Virus record (IMG/VR): IMGVR_UViG_3300045988_093152
Coordinates: 1-62,487 of that record
Length of the DNA: 62,487 nucleotides
Origin: a virus
Strand: one strand, 5' to 3'
This document shows positions 1-8,752 of this stretch, piece by piece. Every line of letters starts with the position of its first letter. Position 1 is the first letter of the stretch. The notes below the pieces were generated by a model that was not told where the DNA came from, ran no database searches, and was given only the letters and a program-made list of their open reading frames with translations. A program made the position numbers and the translations under genes.

Positions 1-55
1 AGCTTGCATAATGTGCTGTATTGTCTCGTTTGAAATTCCGCTCCAAGTCATAGCC
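1..55. repeat. terminal direct repeat, identical to 62433..62487 (circular-closure overlap)
   Basis: agcttgcataatgtgctg...caagtcatagcc occurs at both ends of the window. Confidence 0.9.
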
Positions 56-174
56 TGATTCATCAATTGCAATGTGTTCTTGCGCCCACTAGATTTACCG
101 CGCGCATATTCCATATTGCCCATTGTAGTCATTACAACCTGAAGTGTTCTTTCTTCCATTTCAATTTTTCTCAT
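1..174 (-). CDS. hypothetical protein, N-terminal part of a gene that wraps the circular junction (rest is 62400..62432)
   Basis: ATG at 174 preceded by AAAGGAG. The frame is open to position 1 and continues through the overlap to TAA at 62400, about 68 aa in total. Confidence 0.6.
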   Translation of the reverse strand, partial: MRKIEMEERTLQVVMTTMGNMEYARGKSSGRKNTLQLMNQAMTWSGISNETIQHIMQA

Positions 175-207
175 GGTGCAATCTCCTTTGTTGAATTAGT
201 GGAATTT

Positions 208-237
208 CTTCCATAATAGAGATTGCTTTTTTTCGCG
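208..237 (-). promoter_or_regulatory. phage-specific promoter-like P-motif, copy 13
   Basis: Minus strand CGCGAAAAAAAGCAATCTCTATTATGGAAG (spacing +1). The real SD and ATG of the downstream gene lie about 30 nt further on. Confidence 0.5.
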
Positions 238-240
238 TCA

Positions 241-582
241 TTAAAGATGCTTATAGATTTCGTACAATTCTTCTGGTCCACAGCACATCTGAAGCGCTTC
301 ATATTTTCTTTCGCCATAGTCATCTTGTATCGTTCCATCATCGCAGTCGTAATTATAATCATCTGGACCGAAGGAACGGTAAAGCTCATCATACGAATAC
401 TCTGTTCCGCATTTTGAGCAACGCCAATGCTCTCGTCCATTTTTGCCAAGTATTCGTCCACATTCGCACACGGGTCTTTTTATATGAAGTTCTACATATT
501 TATTTGCGTAACAAGATATATGCCGACCTTTACGATCTTCAGTCCACCATTCTTCAAAACCATACTCATTAACGAAATCCAT
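241..582 (-). CDS. Cys-rich zinc-finger-like hypothetical protein
   Basis: 113-aa ORF with CECG...CSKCG cysteine pairs. Confidence 0.6.
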   Translation of the reverse strand: MDFVNEYGFEEWWTEDRKGRHISCYANKYVELHIKRPVCECGRILGKNGREHWRCSKCGTEYSYDELYRSFGPDDYNYDCDDGTIQDDYGERKYEALQMCCGPEELYEIYKHL

Positions 583-674
583 ATTTTACACCTCATAACC
601 GTCAGCGATAATGCAACCATACGCTGCATCTTTATCATACACTATCCGACGAGATTTTACAAGGCAAAAATCTA

Positions 675-882
675 TGGCCCTCGCGGCCAAATCGAGCTAA
701 AAACTCGCTGTGGCCAAAAGCCCATTTTTTATCTCCTATTACTATATATAAATTTTCAATTTTTTAAGTAACTTAAAGAAAAAAGTGGGTTTTTGGCCAA
801 ATGGCACATTTTTAACGTATTTGCGTTAGTTTTTGTGGCCATTTTTATAAAAATTTTTGGCCACAAAGTGGGTTTTTGGCCA
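675..882. repeat. AT-rich non-coding region with TGGCCA iterons (origin-like)
   Basis: TGGCCA at 711, 794, 836, 858 and 877, with degenerate copies at 675 and 685. 17-bp direct repeat aagtgggtttttggcca at 783..799 and 866..882. No ORF in 583..1004. Confidence 0.5.
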
Positions 883-1004
883 CGAAATTTACACTTTTTG
901 ATGTTTTCTCGAAAAGTTCACAAAAATTACGAAAAATAAAATGGGCAGAACCGGGCATCATCGGTCAAGTATTTTCAAAAATAAAAAGGCCGTGAAATTT
1001 TATC

Positions 1005-1328
1005 TTAACCGAAAAATTTCAAAATTATGCCGGCTATAACCGGAATCGCAATCATCAGCCCAATATAAACCGGCATCATTCTCCGATTTTTCTCAGCCTC
1101 TTCTCGCTCTTGCTCCTGTTTCTTTTCGTGAAGCTCCATGCCTTTCATGGCAATATCTTTGAACGCATCCACTCTCCGAACTTTTGCTTCATCCACGAAC
1201 CGATGCGTCTCCTGATAGTCATCCAGTCGAACCTTTGTCCCGCAGAATTCACAGAACATGAAATCTCGGTTACCATCTTTCACAGTCAGATCCGCGCCGC
1301 AGCTAGGGCATTTTACCGTCCGTGCCAT
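1005..1328 (-). CDS. zinc-ribbon protein with C-terminal membrane anchor
   Basis: CPSCG...CEFCG motif, hydrophobic tail PVYIGLMIAIPVIAGIILKFF, AGGAGG SD. Confidence 0.7.
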   Translation of the reverse strand: MARTVKCPSCGADLTVKDGNRDFMFCEFCGTKVRLDDYQETHRFVDEAKVRRVDAFKDIAMKGMELHEKKQEQEREEAEKNRRMMPVYIGLMIAIPVIAGIILKFFG

Positions 1329-1432
1329 AAAAGCACCTCCTATTCATACATCAAGAATATCATGTATATGGCCTGTAGTCAATCCCATTAGGGTGGTAAT
1401 ATCCAAATAATATTATTGCTTACCAACATGGC

Positions 1433-1630
1433 TCAATCCTCAATCTCAAACACAACGTTCACAAGTGAAATAATCGTATCATACTTCCTGCCCTTGAACC
1501 GAAATCTCACGAGTTGATCCGTGAAGCCACCAATTTTCTCGACCTGACCAGATTCAGCCGCATAAGCCGCCACGATCTTTGCTCTCACATGGCCCTGCTT
1601 TGCCAGTTTATTAAATTCACCCGCAGTCAT
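1433..1630 (-). CDS. hypothetical protein
   Basis: ORF track 1433..1639. ATG at 1630 has GGAGGTGA at proper spacing. Confidence 0.55.
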   Translation of the reverse strand: MTAGEFNKLAKQGHVRAKIVAAYAAESGQVEKIGGFTDQLVRFRFKGRKYDTIISLVNVVFEIED

Positions 1631-1976
1631 TACCCGCACTCACCTCCGTCATCAAACTTCTCCCCGCCGCATACAAGAATTTCTTCAGCGACAGCACCTT
1701 AATATCGTACGTACTCTTCAAATTCTCCAGCTCAACATTAACCCCACCAGAGCGATATTCCGCCATATCCAATGCATACCGCATCCGGCGATCCGCAACA
1801 CCAGGGCTACAATTGAACTTATCTGCCAGCGATGCCTCGATATCTCTCATGGACATAAATCGGTGCGTGTTCAAGTCATCGACGACCATCTCCACAGCCT
1901 CGCCCATCAGCTCCCCACCAAAGGTCAGCATGGGAACCTTCAACTTAGCGAGAAAATCATACGTTCTTTGCTGCAT
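1617..1976 (-). CDS. hypothetical protein
   Basis: 119-aa ORF in the co-directional gene array. Confidence 0.55.
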   Translation of the reverse strand: MQQRTYDFLAKLKVPMLTFGGELMGEAVEMVVDDLNTHRFMSMRDIEASLADKFNCSPGVADRRMRYALDMAEYRSGGVNVELENLKSTYDIKVLSLKKFLYAAGRSLMTEVSAGNDCG

Positions 1977-2001
1977 TTCTTATCACCACATCCTTTCCCA
2001 C

Positions 2002-2256
2002 TCAGGTTTTCATAATAGCATTTGCTGCATGAACCAGATATGTGGTGCCGTCAATCGTGATTTGCAGCTGATCGCCTTCGTAGTCAGTCCAGTTGTCCAC
2101 TTTGCCTTGAACAATAGTTCCATCTGGCAGCTTAATCTGTGCCCAGGAGTAGGTAAATGTCGTATCAAACACCCTATAGTTTCCGCAACTGCATAGCCCG
2201 AGGCAGCCAGCGAGCATCATCATACATGCAACGACGCAAATAATACGATTTTTCAT
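2002..2256 (-). CDS. putative lipoprotein
   Basis: MKNRIICVVACMMMLAGC signal peptide with an LAGC lipobox. GAGG SD before the internal ATG at 2256. Confidence 0.6.
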   Translation of the reverse strand: MKNRIICVVACMMMLAGCLGLCSCGNYRVFDTTFTYSWAQIKLPDGTIVQGKVDNWTDYEGDQLQITIDGTTYLVHAANAIMKT

Positions 2257-2410
2257 AGTTAATCGCCTCAACCAAATATCATGTAAATCAAAAGCAAGAA
2301 CCATCCTATATATCTGATGATTCTCTGTTTTTCTTCGCCGATGTTCTCCGCAAAAGACATTCCAATTGCGATAGCTTGTAAAATAATGCTTGCGAGCAGC
2401 ACAATTCGCA

Positions 2411-3118
2411 TCACTTCACCATACTTCCTTTCCGTGTCTGGTCATCCGCAGGCCAGTACGTGTAGATGTCATCGAACACCACCGGGATCTTCTTCTGAAG
2501 CTCCATCAGCAGCGGGCACATGAGCTCCCGCATCTGAGGATGGGCCGCCACAGGAGTACGCAGCTTGAAGATGTTGCGCCACTCACGGTAGTTGGCAGTC
2601 ACCACGATTTCGGTCTTCAGGCACAGCGGAAGTACACAACGGGCCTGTTCGGGACGCATACCGTTGGCAATCATAAGCTTGTAGTCCTTTTCGGCATAAG
2701 TCATGGCTTCAAGGAACGAACTCTTGATCGTAACCTCGCTATCGTTCAGTTCACAATACTGCTCGCCACGAATATAAGAAGGCCAGATAAACGTCAACTC
2801 TCCGCCAAACTTCTCCTTCGAGTAGTTGCAGTACCGGGTGCTCTCCTGCGCAAAGCTCGCAATACGGTGCCGTATCAGTTCATTGGCCACGCCACGATCA
2901 CAGGTGAACAGCACGGACAGCTGCGAATGCTCCAGCATAGCCTCATGCCCCTGCTTCACCAGAAAGCCCACCAGTTTCTTTGCCGACTCACCATCCGGCG
3001 TGATCTTGTCCTCGCTCTTGTAGCAGACCCGGGCCACCCGCTCGATCTGCTGGAGCTCCTTAATGCCTCCCTCAGAAATATCAGTGAGGATTTCGTACTT
3101 AGGTTCAACGATTTTCAT
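2411..3118 (-). CDS. thyX: flavin-dependent thymidylate synthase ThyX
   Basis: ThyX signature RHRIASFAQESTR (RHRxxSxxxxSxR), 235 aa, AAGGAG SD. Confidence 0.9.
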   Translation of the reverse strand: MKIVEPKYEILTDISEGGIKELQQIERVARVCYKSEDKITPDGESAKKLVGFLVKQGHEAMLEHSQLSVLFTCDRGVANELIRHRIASFAQESTRYCNYSKEKFGGELTFIWPSYIRGEQYCELNDSEVTIKSSFLEAMTYAEKDYKLMIANGMRPEQARCVLPLCLKTEIVVTANYREWRNIFKLRTPVAAHPQMRELMCPLLMELQKKIPVVFDDIYTYWPADDQTRKGSMVK

Positions 3119-3329
3119 AATTAGTTCTCCTTTTCATCAATGAATCAATGATTTCAAGCTGCCGCAGGCTCTTTCCATTACCTCTTTGGGCCACCATGCT
3201 GATGTCAATATCCTCGATCGGGATAATGTATCCGAGATGAGCCAGTTGCTTATGGTCGCAAGTTTCCACCTTCGGACACTTCTGGCATTTAGGTGCAAGT
3301 ATCGTAAGTGCTCCGAAGTTGTTGTTCAT
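3105..3329 (-). CDS. hypothetical protein (CxxC...C motif)
   Basis: ATG at 3329 overlaps the upstream TGA (ATGA coupling). Contains CQKCPKVETC. Confidence 0.5.
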   Translation of the reverse strand: MNNNFGALTILAPKCQKCPKVETCDHKQLAHLGYIIPIEDIDISMVAQRGNGKSLRQLEIIDSLMKRRTNYENR

Positions 3330-3505
3330 GTTGTCCCCTCCGATATCATTTTGCACTCCCAATCCCCACAGATATCACCCGAAGCATGTTTCTTTGCAAA
3401 CGCCATGCCCTTCTTGATAGCCTCCTGCTTATTTTCTGCTTTGACCACGAAACCCTGATGCCCGCCACCATTGTCCGTGCACTCAAACCAAAATGTGTAC
3501 TTCAT
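3326..3505 (-). CDS. hypothetical protein (59 aa, below the ORF-track cutoff)
   Basis: Hand translation MKYTFWFECTDNGGGHQGFVVKAENKQEAIKKG.... ATGA overlaps at both ends. Confidence 0.45.
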   Translation of the reverse strand: MKYTFWFECTDNGGGHQGFVVKAENKQEAIKKGMAFAKKHASGDICGDWECKMISEGTT

Positions 3506-3762
3506 ATATCAGCCAGCCTTTCTCTATCAGGATCTCGCAAAATAGAATCCCAGTCTCTAATAAGTTTCCGTAAGCCATGATCATCTGCTATTGGGTTCAT
3601 CGTTTCTTCATCATATTGCACTATGACACTGCCTGTTTTATCGCATCCAAATCCGCAATTCCGACACTGAATCTTATACTTGATTTCCAGGCTTGTCCCA
3701 GTGGTCGCTGTTCCGTATACAGTTGGCCTCACTTTTGAATAGCATACCGGACAACATCTCAT
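3502..3762 (-). CDS. zinc-ribbon protein
   Basis: CPVC...CRNCG motif pairs, 86 aa. Confidence 0.55.
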   Translation of the reverse strand: MRCCPVCYSKVRPTVYGTATTGTSLEIKYKIQCRNCGFGCDKTGSVIVQYDEETMNPIADDHGLRKLIRDWDSILRDPDRERLADI

Positions 3763-4334
3763 ATAAAATCCTCCAAAATCGAGTTAAGCAGAATCTCCAG
3801 CACCCGGTTTATGCCTGCCACCACTCGATATGGCCACGGTTCTTTCGGTTCCACCCGGGCAGGGTTATCAGGCTTTCTCAGTGCACCATAAAGCCACCTG
3901 TCAAACTGCCCAAGTGAAATATCATTCTCCATGCACCACTCACGAGCATCTGCGTAGCTAATGTCACCATTCATGCAAAGCTCGACCACATCACACAGCT
4001 TAGCGTTCGGCTTGATCAGGATATCTTTTTGAAGCTCGTAATCCTCAAAATACAAGTCCTCGCGTGACCCGTCAGCCCTGTGAATAACTTGCGCAAAGGG
4101 TTTGCCATCCGCATAAAGCGTCGTAATATCCTCATCAATGTCGATTCGAGGACAGTCGTACCTCCATATGGCCTCAACAACTTCTTCATAGTCAATCATA
4201 TCGCACCTCACAGCAGAATCCGGAACAAAATGAACCAGATCACCTTCAGCGTGAACGCAATAATGATCAGCCATGCACAAATAACCAGCGTTGCCGCCAG
4301 AATATGACCCAGCATATGGCCGATCTTCTCCCAA
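3759..4334 (-). CDS. hypothetical protein (start uncertain: TTG 4334 or ATG 4274)
   Basis: 191-aa ORF. The N-terminal 20 residues are low complexity. A 45-aa hydrophobic ORF overlaps in another frame (4208..4345). Confidence 0.5.
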   Translation of the reverse strand: MGEDRPYAGSYSGGNAGYLCMADHYCVHAEGDLVHFVPDSAVRCDMIDYEEVVEAIWRYDCPRIDIDEDITTLYADGKPFAQVIHRADGSREDLYFEDYELQKDILIKPNAKLCDVVELCMNGDISYADAREWCMENDISLGQFDRWLYGALRKPDNPARVEPKEPWPYRVVAGINRVLEILLNSILEDFI

Positions 4335-4337
4335 ACA

Positions 4338-4538
4338 TCATTCATCCTTATCAACCCTTTCAAGACCTGTAAAATATCCAATGCCAATATGACCACCATC
4401 GCAATAATGAATTGGGCGGAACGCCATCAGACCGGCCAGATTGTTCTTCGCATCTTCGAGATTACAATAGGGATGCCCATCGTTAAATTCCCTCTCGCAA
4501 AATCGGCACTTGTAAGTCGGATAATAAAACGCCTTCAC
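4338..4538 (-). CDS. hypothetical Cys/His-rich protein
   Basis: GTG at 4538 overlaps the upstream TGA and follows GAGGAGG. Confidence 0.5.
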   Translation of the reverse strand: MKAFYYPTYKCRFCEREFNDGHPYCNLEDAKNNLAGLMAFRPIHYCDGGHIGIGYFTGLERVDKDE

Positions 4539-4744
4539 CCCACACACCTCCTCGCCGCATCCAGACGGCTCTCCGCAGCGTTCAGCTCGAAGATAGCAGC
4601 CGTAATAAACTCCGGGTCGCAGTTCTCAAAGTGGTTCCGGGCCACCTCAAGATCCCGCATGGCATCTTTCAGCGTGTTGACTGTCGAAACCATCGGCTCT
4701 GTCCAGAATATCTTTTTGACGAAATCAACGATTTTTCGCAGCAT
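4535..4744 (-). CDS. hypothetical protein
   Basis: Internal ATG at 4744 is preceded by GGAGGTG. Confidence 0.5.
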   Translation of the reverse strand: MLRKIVDFVKKIFWTEPMVSTVNTLKDAMRDLEVARNHFENCDPEFITAAIFELNAAESRLDAARRCVG

Positions 4745-5102
4745 TTCTACACCTCCACATCTTTGTGACCTGATGAGCTGTGAGCCAGCCCTCAACATCA
4801 TCATGGCCAAGTAGCTGTGTGCCCATCACCTCGACAAGCCCTTGCTCAAAGCCATAGGAACCCCAACCCCAAACGCCATCCCAGATACGATTTCCAGCAG
4901 CATCATATGCAACGATTTGTTCACCACCATCGTGTCGTCCGCCCGGAAGATACTCCCGATAGTCCGGTATGTCCATCTCTGGCCAACGACGTCCATAAGT
5001 ATGCGGAACCTTAGCGTGCTTCAGCAGAATATCCAGCTTCTGCATCTCGGTCATGTGATTCCAAACCCGGAGTTTCCAAGTTTTCTTAGACATATTTCTC
5101 AT
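4725..5102 (-). CDS. hypothetical protein (start uncertain; ORF is open to 5216)
   Basis: ORF track 4725..5216. ATG at 5102 follows AAAGGA. Confidence 0.45.
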   Translation of the reverse strand: MRNMSKKTWKLRVWNHMTEMQKLDILLKHAKVPHTYGRRWPEMDIPDYREYLPGGRHDGGEQIVAYDAAGNRIWDGVWGWGSYGFEQGLVEVMGTQLLGHDDVEGWLTAHQVTKMWRCRNAAKNR

Positions 5103-5257
5103 TTCTGCATTTCCTTTCGTCAGCCTCCATGGCCTTTGCGATTTTATGCTGGATATAAAGTACACAGCCATCCTGACTATCACATCCAAATGAAGCCAGC
5201 AATCCAGCAATAGCATTCAGACAGTTCAAGTCTTCTTTAGTAAATATCATTTAACCT

Positions 5258-5485
5258 TCACCGTTCCTCCTGATACTCTACGATTTTGGTCACTTCACTC
5301 TGAACCCGGTGTAAGAAACCACACGTACCCGAGTAACCGCATTCCACCAATACCTCGGCGAGATCGCCCAAAATATCCATATCGGTTCTTGTGAGATTAA
5401 CTTGAGGAACAACTTCAATGTCCTCCTCTGCGATAAATGGGGTATAGTCTCCACAATGGCAACATTTAATGTTCATGCGTTGCAT
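5258..5485 (-). CDS. hypothetical CxxC protein
   Basis: ATG at 5485 after GAAGGAG. A terminator lies upstream of it. Confidence 0.55.
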   Translation of the reverse strand: MQRMNIKCCHCGDYTPFIAEEDIEVVPQVNLTRTDMDILGDLAEVLVECGYSGTCGFLHRVQSEVTKIVEYQEER

Positions 5486-5504
5486 ATAAACATCTCCTTC
5501 AACG

Positions 5505-5540
5505 ATAAAAATAAAGAGCCGCAGATTTCTCCACGGCTCT
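5505..5540 (-). terminator. rho-independent terminator, conserved hairpin family
   Basis: Minus strand AGAGCCGTGG-AGAAAT-CTGCGGCTCT followed by a T-run. Confidence 0.7.
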
Positions 5541-5544
5541 CGCC

Positions 5545-5820
5545 TTAAAAATAGTGAACCCCACAATTGAGTCTAGTCATAGAATCATCAAATCTACGGA
5601 TAATGTCATATGCATTTTCGTGCAAAGGGCTTTCTGCCTGATATCTTCGGGCTACTTCCATCAGCTTGGCTCTAGTTACTTCATTGAAGCCACCATTTTT
5701 TTCGGCTTCCATATAAATAGCACATGCCTTGCGTCCGTACCTCATTCCCATAAGTACACCGTGCAAATATCCTTTTGCATAATAATATGCTCCGTAAATT
5801 TTCAGAAACATCTTCATCAT
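5545..5820 (-). CDS. hypothetical protein
   Basis: ATG at 5820 lies 8 nt after the GGAGG of the P-motif. Confidence 0.55.
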   Translation of the reverse strand: MMKMFLKIYGAYYYAKGYLHGVLMGMRYGRKACAIYMEAEKNGGFNEVTRAKLMEVARRYQAESPLHENAYDIIRRFDDSMTRLNCGVHYF

Positions 5821-5828
5821 GTGTTTCA

Positions 5829-5857
5829 CCTCCATAAAGGAGCCTGTTATTTTCGCG
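5829..5857 (-). promoter_or_regulatory. P-motif, copy 1
   Basis: Minus strand CGCGAAAATAACAGGCTCCTTTATGGAGG. Confidence 0.55.
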
Positions 5858-6008
5858 TCTTCTCCTCAAACTTCAGAGGCTTAACCGTACCCTCCCGCGC
5901 ACACTCCGTCATGCACTCATTGCAGGGCTCGTCCGTCTCCAGCACCTTGAAGCTCTTGCACTTCGGGCAGTAGGTCGCATAATCCACTTCGCGCATCCAG
6001 TTATTCAT
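5847..6008 (-). CDS. zinc-ribbon hypothetical protein (53 aa, below the track cutoff)
   Basis: Hand translation MNNWMREVDYATYCPKCKSF...CNEC.... ATGA overlap with the upstream gene. Its 3' end overlaps P-motif 1. Confidence 0.45.
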   Translation of the reverse strand: MNNWMREVDYATYCPKCKSFKVLETDEPCNECMTECAREGTVKPLKFEEKTRK

Positions 6009-6529
6009 ATTTTGATATCCTCCATGTCAAATGTAGTGATGTGCTCGCAGTTAGGACACTTCAGATCAACAGTTCCAGCCGAGACTCGTACATACGCCAC
6101 GTCCACATCCGGGCAAAGGTGCTGTGTCGAACTTGTCAATACATAATTACACGTTGCACACCGAAGCTGCTTTTTCTTAGGTTCTAATTTTTTGCCTTCT
6201 TGATTGCACAACCTATCGTCCAGTTCCGGGTGCGTCATCCGCTGGTTCAGAGCCCACAGCAGGTTCCAACAGGCAGCACGCAGGTGATCCTCATCGTCCA
6301 TACCAACCATGTACTTTGCCAGATGCCGAGAAGCACTGTCCAGAAGAGAATGCAGCGGGATACCCTTATCCACATTGTGCTCGCCGTACTTCAATGCGCC
6401 CTCCTCGCAGTGCTTGCTGACCTCCATAATGCCATACCAGGGCAGAAGATCCATCCGTCCCTTCCCTGCGTGCATGTCACGCTTTGCACCGGTTTCAAAT
6501 TCGGTGCGGTCTCCAGAATCTTTAATCAT
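6005..6529 (-). CDS. putative dNTP pyrophosphohydrolase (all-alpha MazG-like N-domain) with C-terminal zinc ribbon
   Basis: KDSGDRTEFETGAKRD..GKGRMDLLPW...ALKYGEHN...DSASRHL...DEDHLRAACWNL matches my recollection of the phage dATP/dGTP diphosphohydrolase N-terminal family. C-terminal CATC...CPNC. Confidence 0.6.
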   Translation of the reverse strand: MIKDSGDRTEFETGAKRDMHAGKGRMDLLPWYGIMEVSKHCEEGALKYGEHNVDKGIPLHSLLDSASRHLAKYMVGMDDEDHLRAACWNLLWALNQRMTHPELDDRLCNQEGKKLEPKKKQLRCATCNYVLTSSTQHLCPDVDVAYVRVSAGTVDLKCPNCEHITTFDMEDIKI

Positions 6530-6755
6530 TTGTTTTCTCCTCCAGTTCATTGATTCGAGTGGTTAAGACAGTTCTTGCGGATATGAGCGAAATAAAACGC
6601 AGAAATTCCTCGTCAGAAGCCATTTTCACCACTATTCCCGCGCACAAAGGATTTACTTTGCAATATCCAACAAGTTCGGAACGATACAATTCGCGCTGTG
6701 CCTTTAGCTGAGCAATATCTGTGCAGTTGCAGATGTCATGTATGTTTTCCAGCAT
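6522..6755 (-). CDS. hypothetical protein
   Basis: 77-aa ORF, GGAGG SD. Confidence 0.5.
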   Translation of the reverse strand: MLENIHDICNCTDIAQLKAQRELYRSELVGYCKVNPLCAGIVVKMASDEEFLRFISLISARTVLTTRINELEEKTND

Positions 6756-6757
6756 TT

Positions 6758-7987
6758 TCAGCCTCCATAAAATTTCCTCTCATTAAACGCTTTCTTCGAG
6801 TTCAGGGCCCTCGAAATCGCAAGATCAATACCACTCCTACTCTTCAGATGGTAGTAGTACAGATCCTTGTAAGGTGTATTCAGCCGGTCGATACGCCCCG
6901 AGGCCTGCTCCATGATCTTATAGGAGTAGTTCTGGCTGTAAAATATAATGGTGTCCGTCTTGATGCAGTTCCAGCCTTCAGCACCGGCATTGTACTGCAC
7001 CAGATACACCCACCTGTCGCCTTCAGGAAGCGGCTGATGCTTGTGCCCGTTCCATTGTGCAACTTCGGTGTCCTTGCCATAGTCCAGACCCATCAGAATA
7101 TCAAGCTCATAATCAAAATTATAGAAGATAATGACCCTAGGTCTGCCTTTACAAATATCCAGCACTTTTTCTTGTCGGCTTGCATCAGCGTTCACCAACT
7201 TCCGCAGCAGATAGCAGAACTCACTGGCGGTCTCGATTGGTTTGTTCTCCCAGAGGTTCCACCGGTTCTTGCAGATTGAAAGATACTTCGCCTTGTCGTA
7301 CTCCACGAAAATATTCTCATGGTGCGAGACCGTCGGCCGCTCGAAGTCCATGTCAACCAGAATCCGTTCCCGTAGCCGTACCAAGCGCTGGGTATTCAGA
7401 TACCGGTCAATCTTCGGGTATTTCGTGCAGAATTGGCTGTATACCGCATGCTGGTTGTTGAAGTCCGTTCTGTTTCGATAGAATCCATTGGCGATGAACA
7501 CCGGGATATAATCCGTCCAGCAGTCCCCAGGGGTGGCGCTGAGCAGAATCCACTCGTTATTTTGCGTAATTTTGTAGAAAGATTTCACCCATGCGCCTTT
7601 TCCAACGACTCGCTGCTCGTCAAATATAAAGAACGCATTCTTTACACCAACGTACTTTCCGATATTATTCCAGGAATCCACCACGACCTTGTGCTCGTAA
7701 ATATCATGCTCTGGATCTGTAGACATATAGAAATGGGCCAGTTCTTCGTCCCACTCTCCCGTATCCCGTTTCCGGGCAGTCGTGATGATGTAAAGATCCG
7801 GGGGCTCTGTCATACGAACATAATTTTCCGTGTTCACCTCCCCATCGTAAAGTTTGTAATAGAACGCCAAACTCGTTCTTGATTTTCCGCTTCCTACGCC
7901 TCCGCATAAGATGCAGCCGATTTTCATACGGTTGATCGCATCCAATTGGTAGTCGTAGAGCGTTACACCTGCCATCAGGTCGCTCAC
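6758..7987 (-). CDS. superfamily-2 helicase (DEAD/SNF2-like)
   Basis: Walker A GGVGSGKSRT, DExx FIFDEQR, SAT-like SATPGD, motif VI QASGRIDRLNT. Confidence 0.8.
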   Translation of the reverse strand: MSDLMAGVTLYDYQLDAINRMKIGCILCGGVGSGKSRTSLAFYYKLYDGEVNTENYVRMTEPPDLYIITTARKRDTGEWDEELAHFYMSTDPEHDIYEHKVVVDSWNNIGKYVGVKNAFFIFDEQRVVGKGAWVKSFYKITQNNEWILLSATPGDCWTDYIPVFIANGFYRNRTDFNNQHAVYSQFCTKYPKIDRYLNTQRLVRLRERILVDMDFERPTVSHHENIFVEYDKAKYLSICKNRWNLWENKPIETASEFCYLLRKLVNADASRQEKVLDICKGRPRVIIFYNFDYELDILMGLDYGKDTEVAQWNGHKHQPLPEGDRWVYLVQYNAGAEGWNCIKTDTIIFYSQNYSYKIMEQASGRIDRLNTPYKDLYYYHLKSRSGIDLAISRALNSKKAFNERKFYGG

Positions 7988-8181
7988 CTCATTTCCAACG
8001 TCACATAAATGTCACTTTTCTTGCAGTGATTCTCATAGGCCAGAAGCGAGATCGTCGCCTCTTCCTCATCTTCGCCCTCCCCTCTGACGGTATAAGCAAA
8101 GAGCTCTTTCCGGTGCTTTCTGAACACCTTCCAGAGCTCTTTTTTCTTAGTAAAGTCCGTGCTTTTTGCAGTAGGACGCAT
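7984..8181 (-). CDS. hypothetical protein
   Basis: 65-aa ORF, AAGGAGG SD. Confidence 0.5.
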   Translation of the reverse strand: MRPTAKSTDFTKKKELWKVFRKHRKELFAYTVRGEGEDEEEATISLLAYENHCKKSDIYVTLEMR

Positions 8182-8374
8182 ATTGCAAGCCCTCCTTATC
8201 TGCTTCGCGCATGATTTCTGACAGTGTGAGCTTTTTAGACTTTTCTTCCGTCGTTGACATGTTACGCGGTACGGTGTCTCGACATTTATCGCAGTATAAT
8301 CTTTTTGACGGAACCTGGTACATCATACCGCCGCATTTTTTGCAAGCCTTATCTACTCTGCGAAGTCCGCCCAT
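8147..8374 (-). CDS. zinc-ribbon hypothetical protein
   Basis: CKKCGG...CDKC. ATG at 8374 after GAGGAGGTGTGATATTT. Confidence 0.55.
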   Translation of the reverse strand: MGGLRRVDKACKKCGGMMYQVPSKRLYCDKCRDTVPRNMSTTEEKSKKLTLSEIMREADKEGLQYASYCKKHGLY

Positions 8375-8379
8375 AAATA

Positions 8380-8655
8380 TCACACCTCCTCAGAACGACA
8401 GAAGTCCGTGTAATAAACCAGGTCGTAATCCAGCGGATGGTTGTTCCAGTCGTAGTTCTGCTCGTAATCAGCAATCTCATCACGCTCGTCTAGTTCGCGG
8501 CAAATATCATCGTTGTGCTCATAGAACCATTCCAGCGGAAGGTCGAACTTGTCGCACAGTTCCGGAATATCAAAGGCCCAGCAGCCGTAGTTGGTGTTCT
8601 GTGTACCCTCCGAAACCATGTAATCGACGATCTCTTTTACTTTTTCTCTGCTCAT
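8380..8655 (-). CDS. hypothetical acidic protein
   Basis: 91-aa ORF, AGAAGGAG SD. Confidence 0.55.
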   Translation of the reverse strand: MSREKVKEIVDYMVSEGTQNTNYGCWAFDIPELCDKFDLPLEWFYEHNDDICRELDERDEIADYEQNYDWNNHPLDYDLVYYTDFCRSEEV

Positions 8656-8704
8656 AATCCTTACTCCTTCTGTTGTTCAAATATCAGGCTCTCTGGCCCG
8701 GTTG

Positions 8705-8752
8705 TGAGTCATGCGGGAATCGAACCCACCGTACAGCCCATGCTAATGACTC
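8705..8752 (-). ncRNA. tRNA-like minihelix (acceptor stem plus T-arm only)
   Basis: Minus strand GAGTCAT-TAGCATGGGCTGTACG-GTGGG-TTCGATT-CCCGC-ATGACTC-A. Perfect 7-bp acceptor stem and canonical T-loop, but no D-arm or anticodon arm. Confidence 0.5.

Noticed and set aside
6720-6760. TTTTATGGAGG upstream of 6522..6755 as a 14th P-motif
   Set aside because: The upstream block is GCGTTTAATG rather than CGCGAAAAAT, and the sequence encodes the helicase C-terminus (FYGG-stop). It is counted only as an SD.
8705-8752. tRNA-like fragment as the attP core (integration into a tRNA 3' end)
   Set aside because: It is 17 kb from the integrase, whereas a repeat-rich non-coding region directly abuts int. 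It also retains the 5' acceptor strand, which an attP core copied from a tRNA 3' end would not need.
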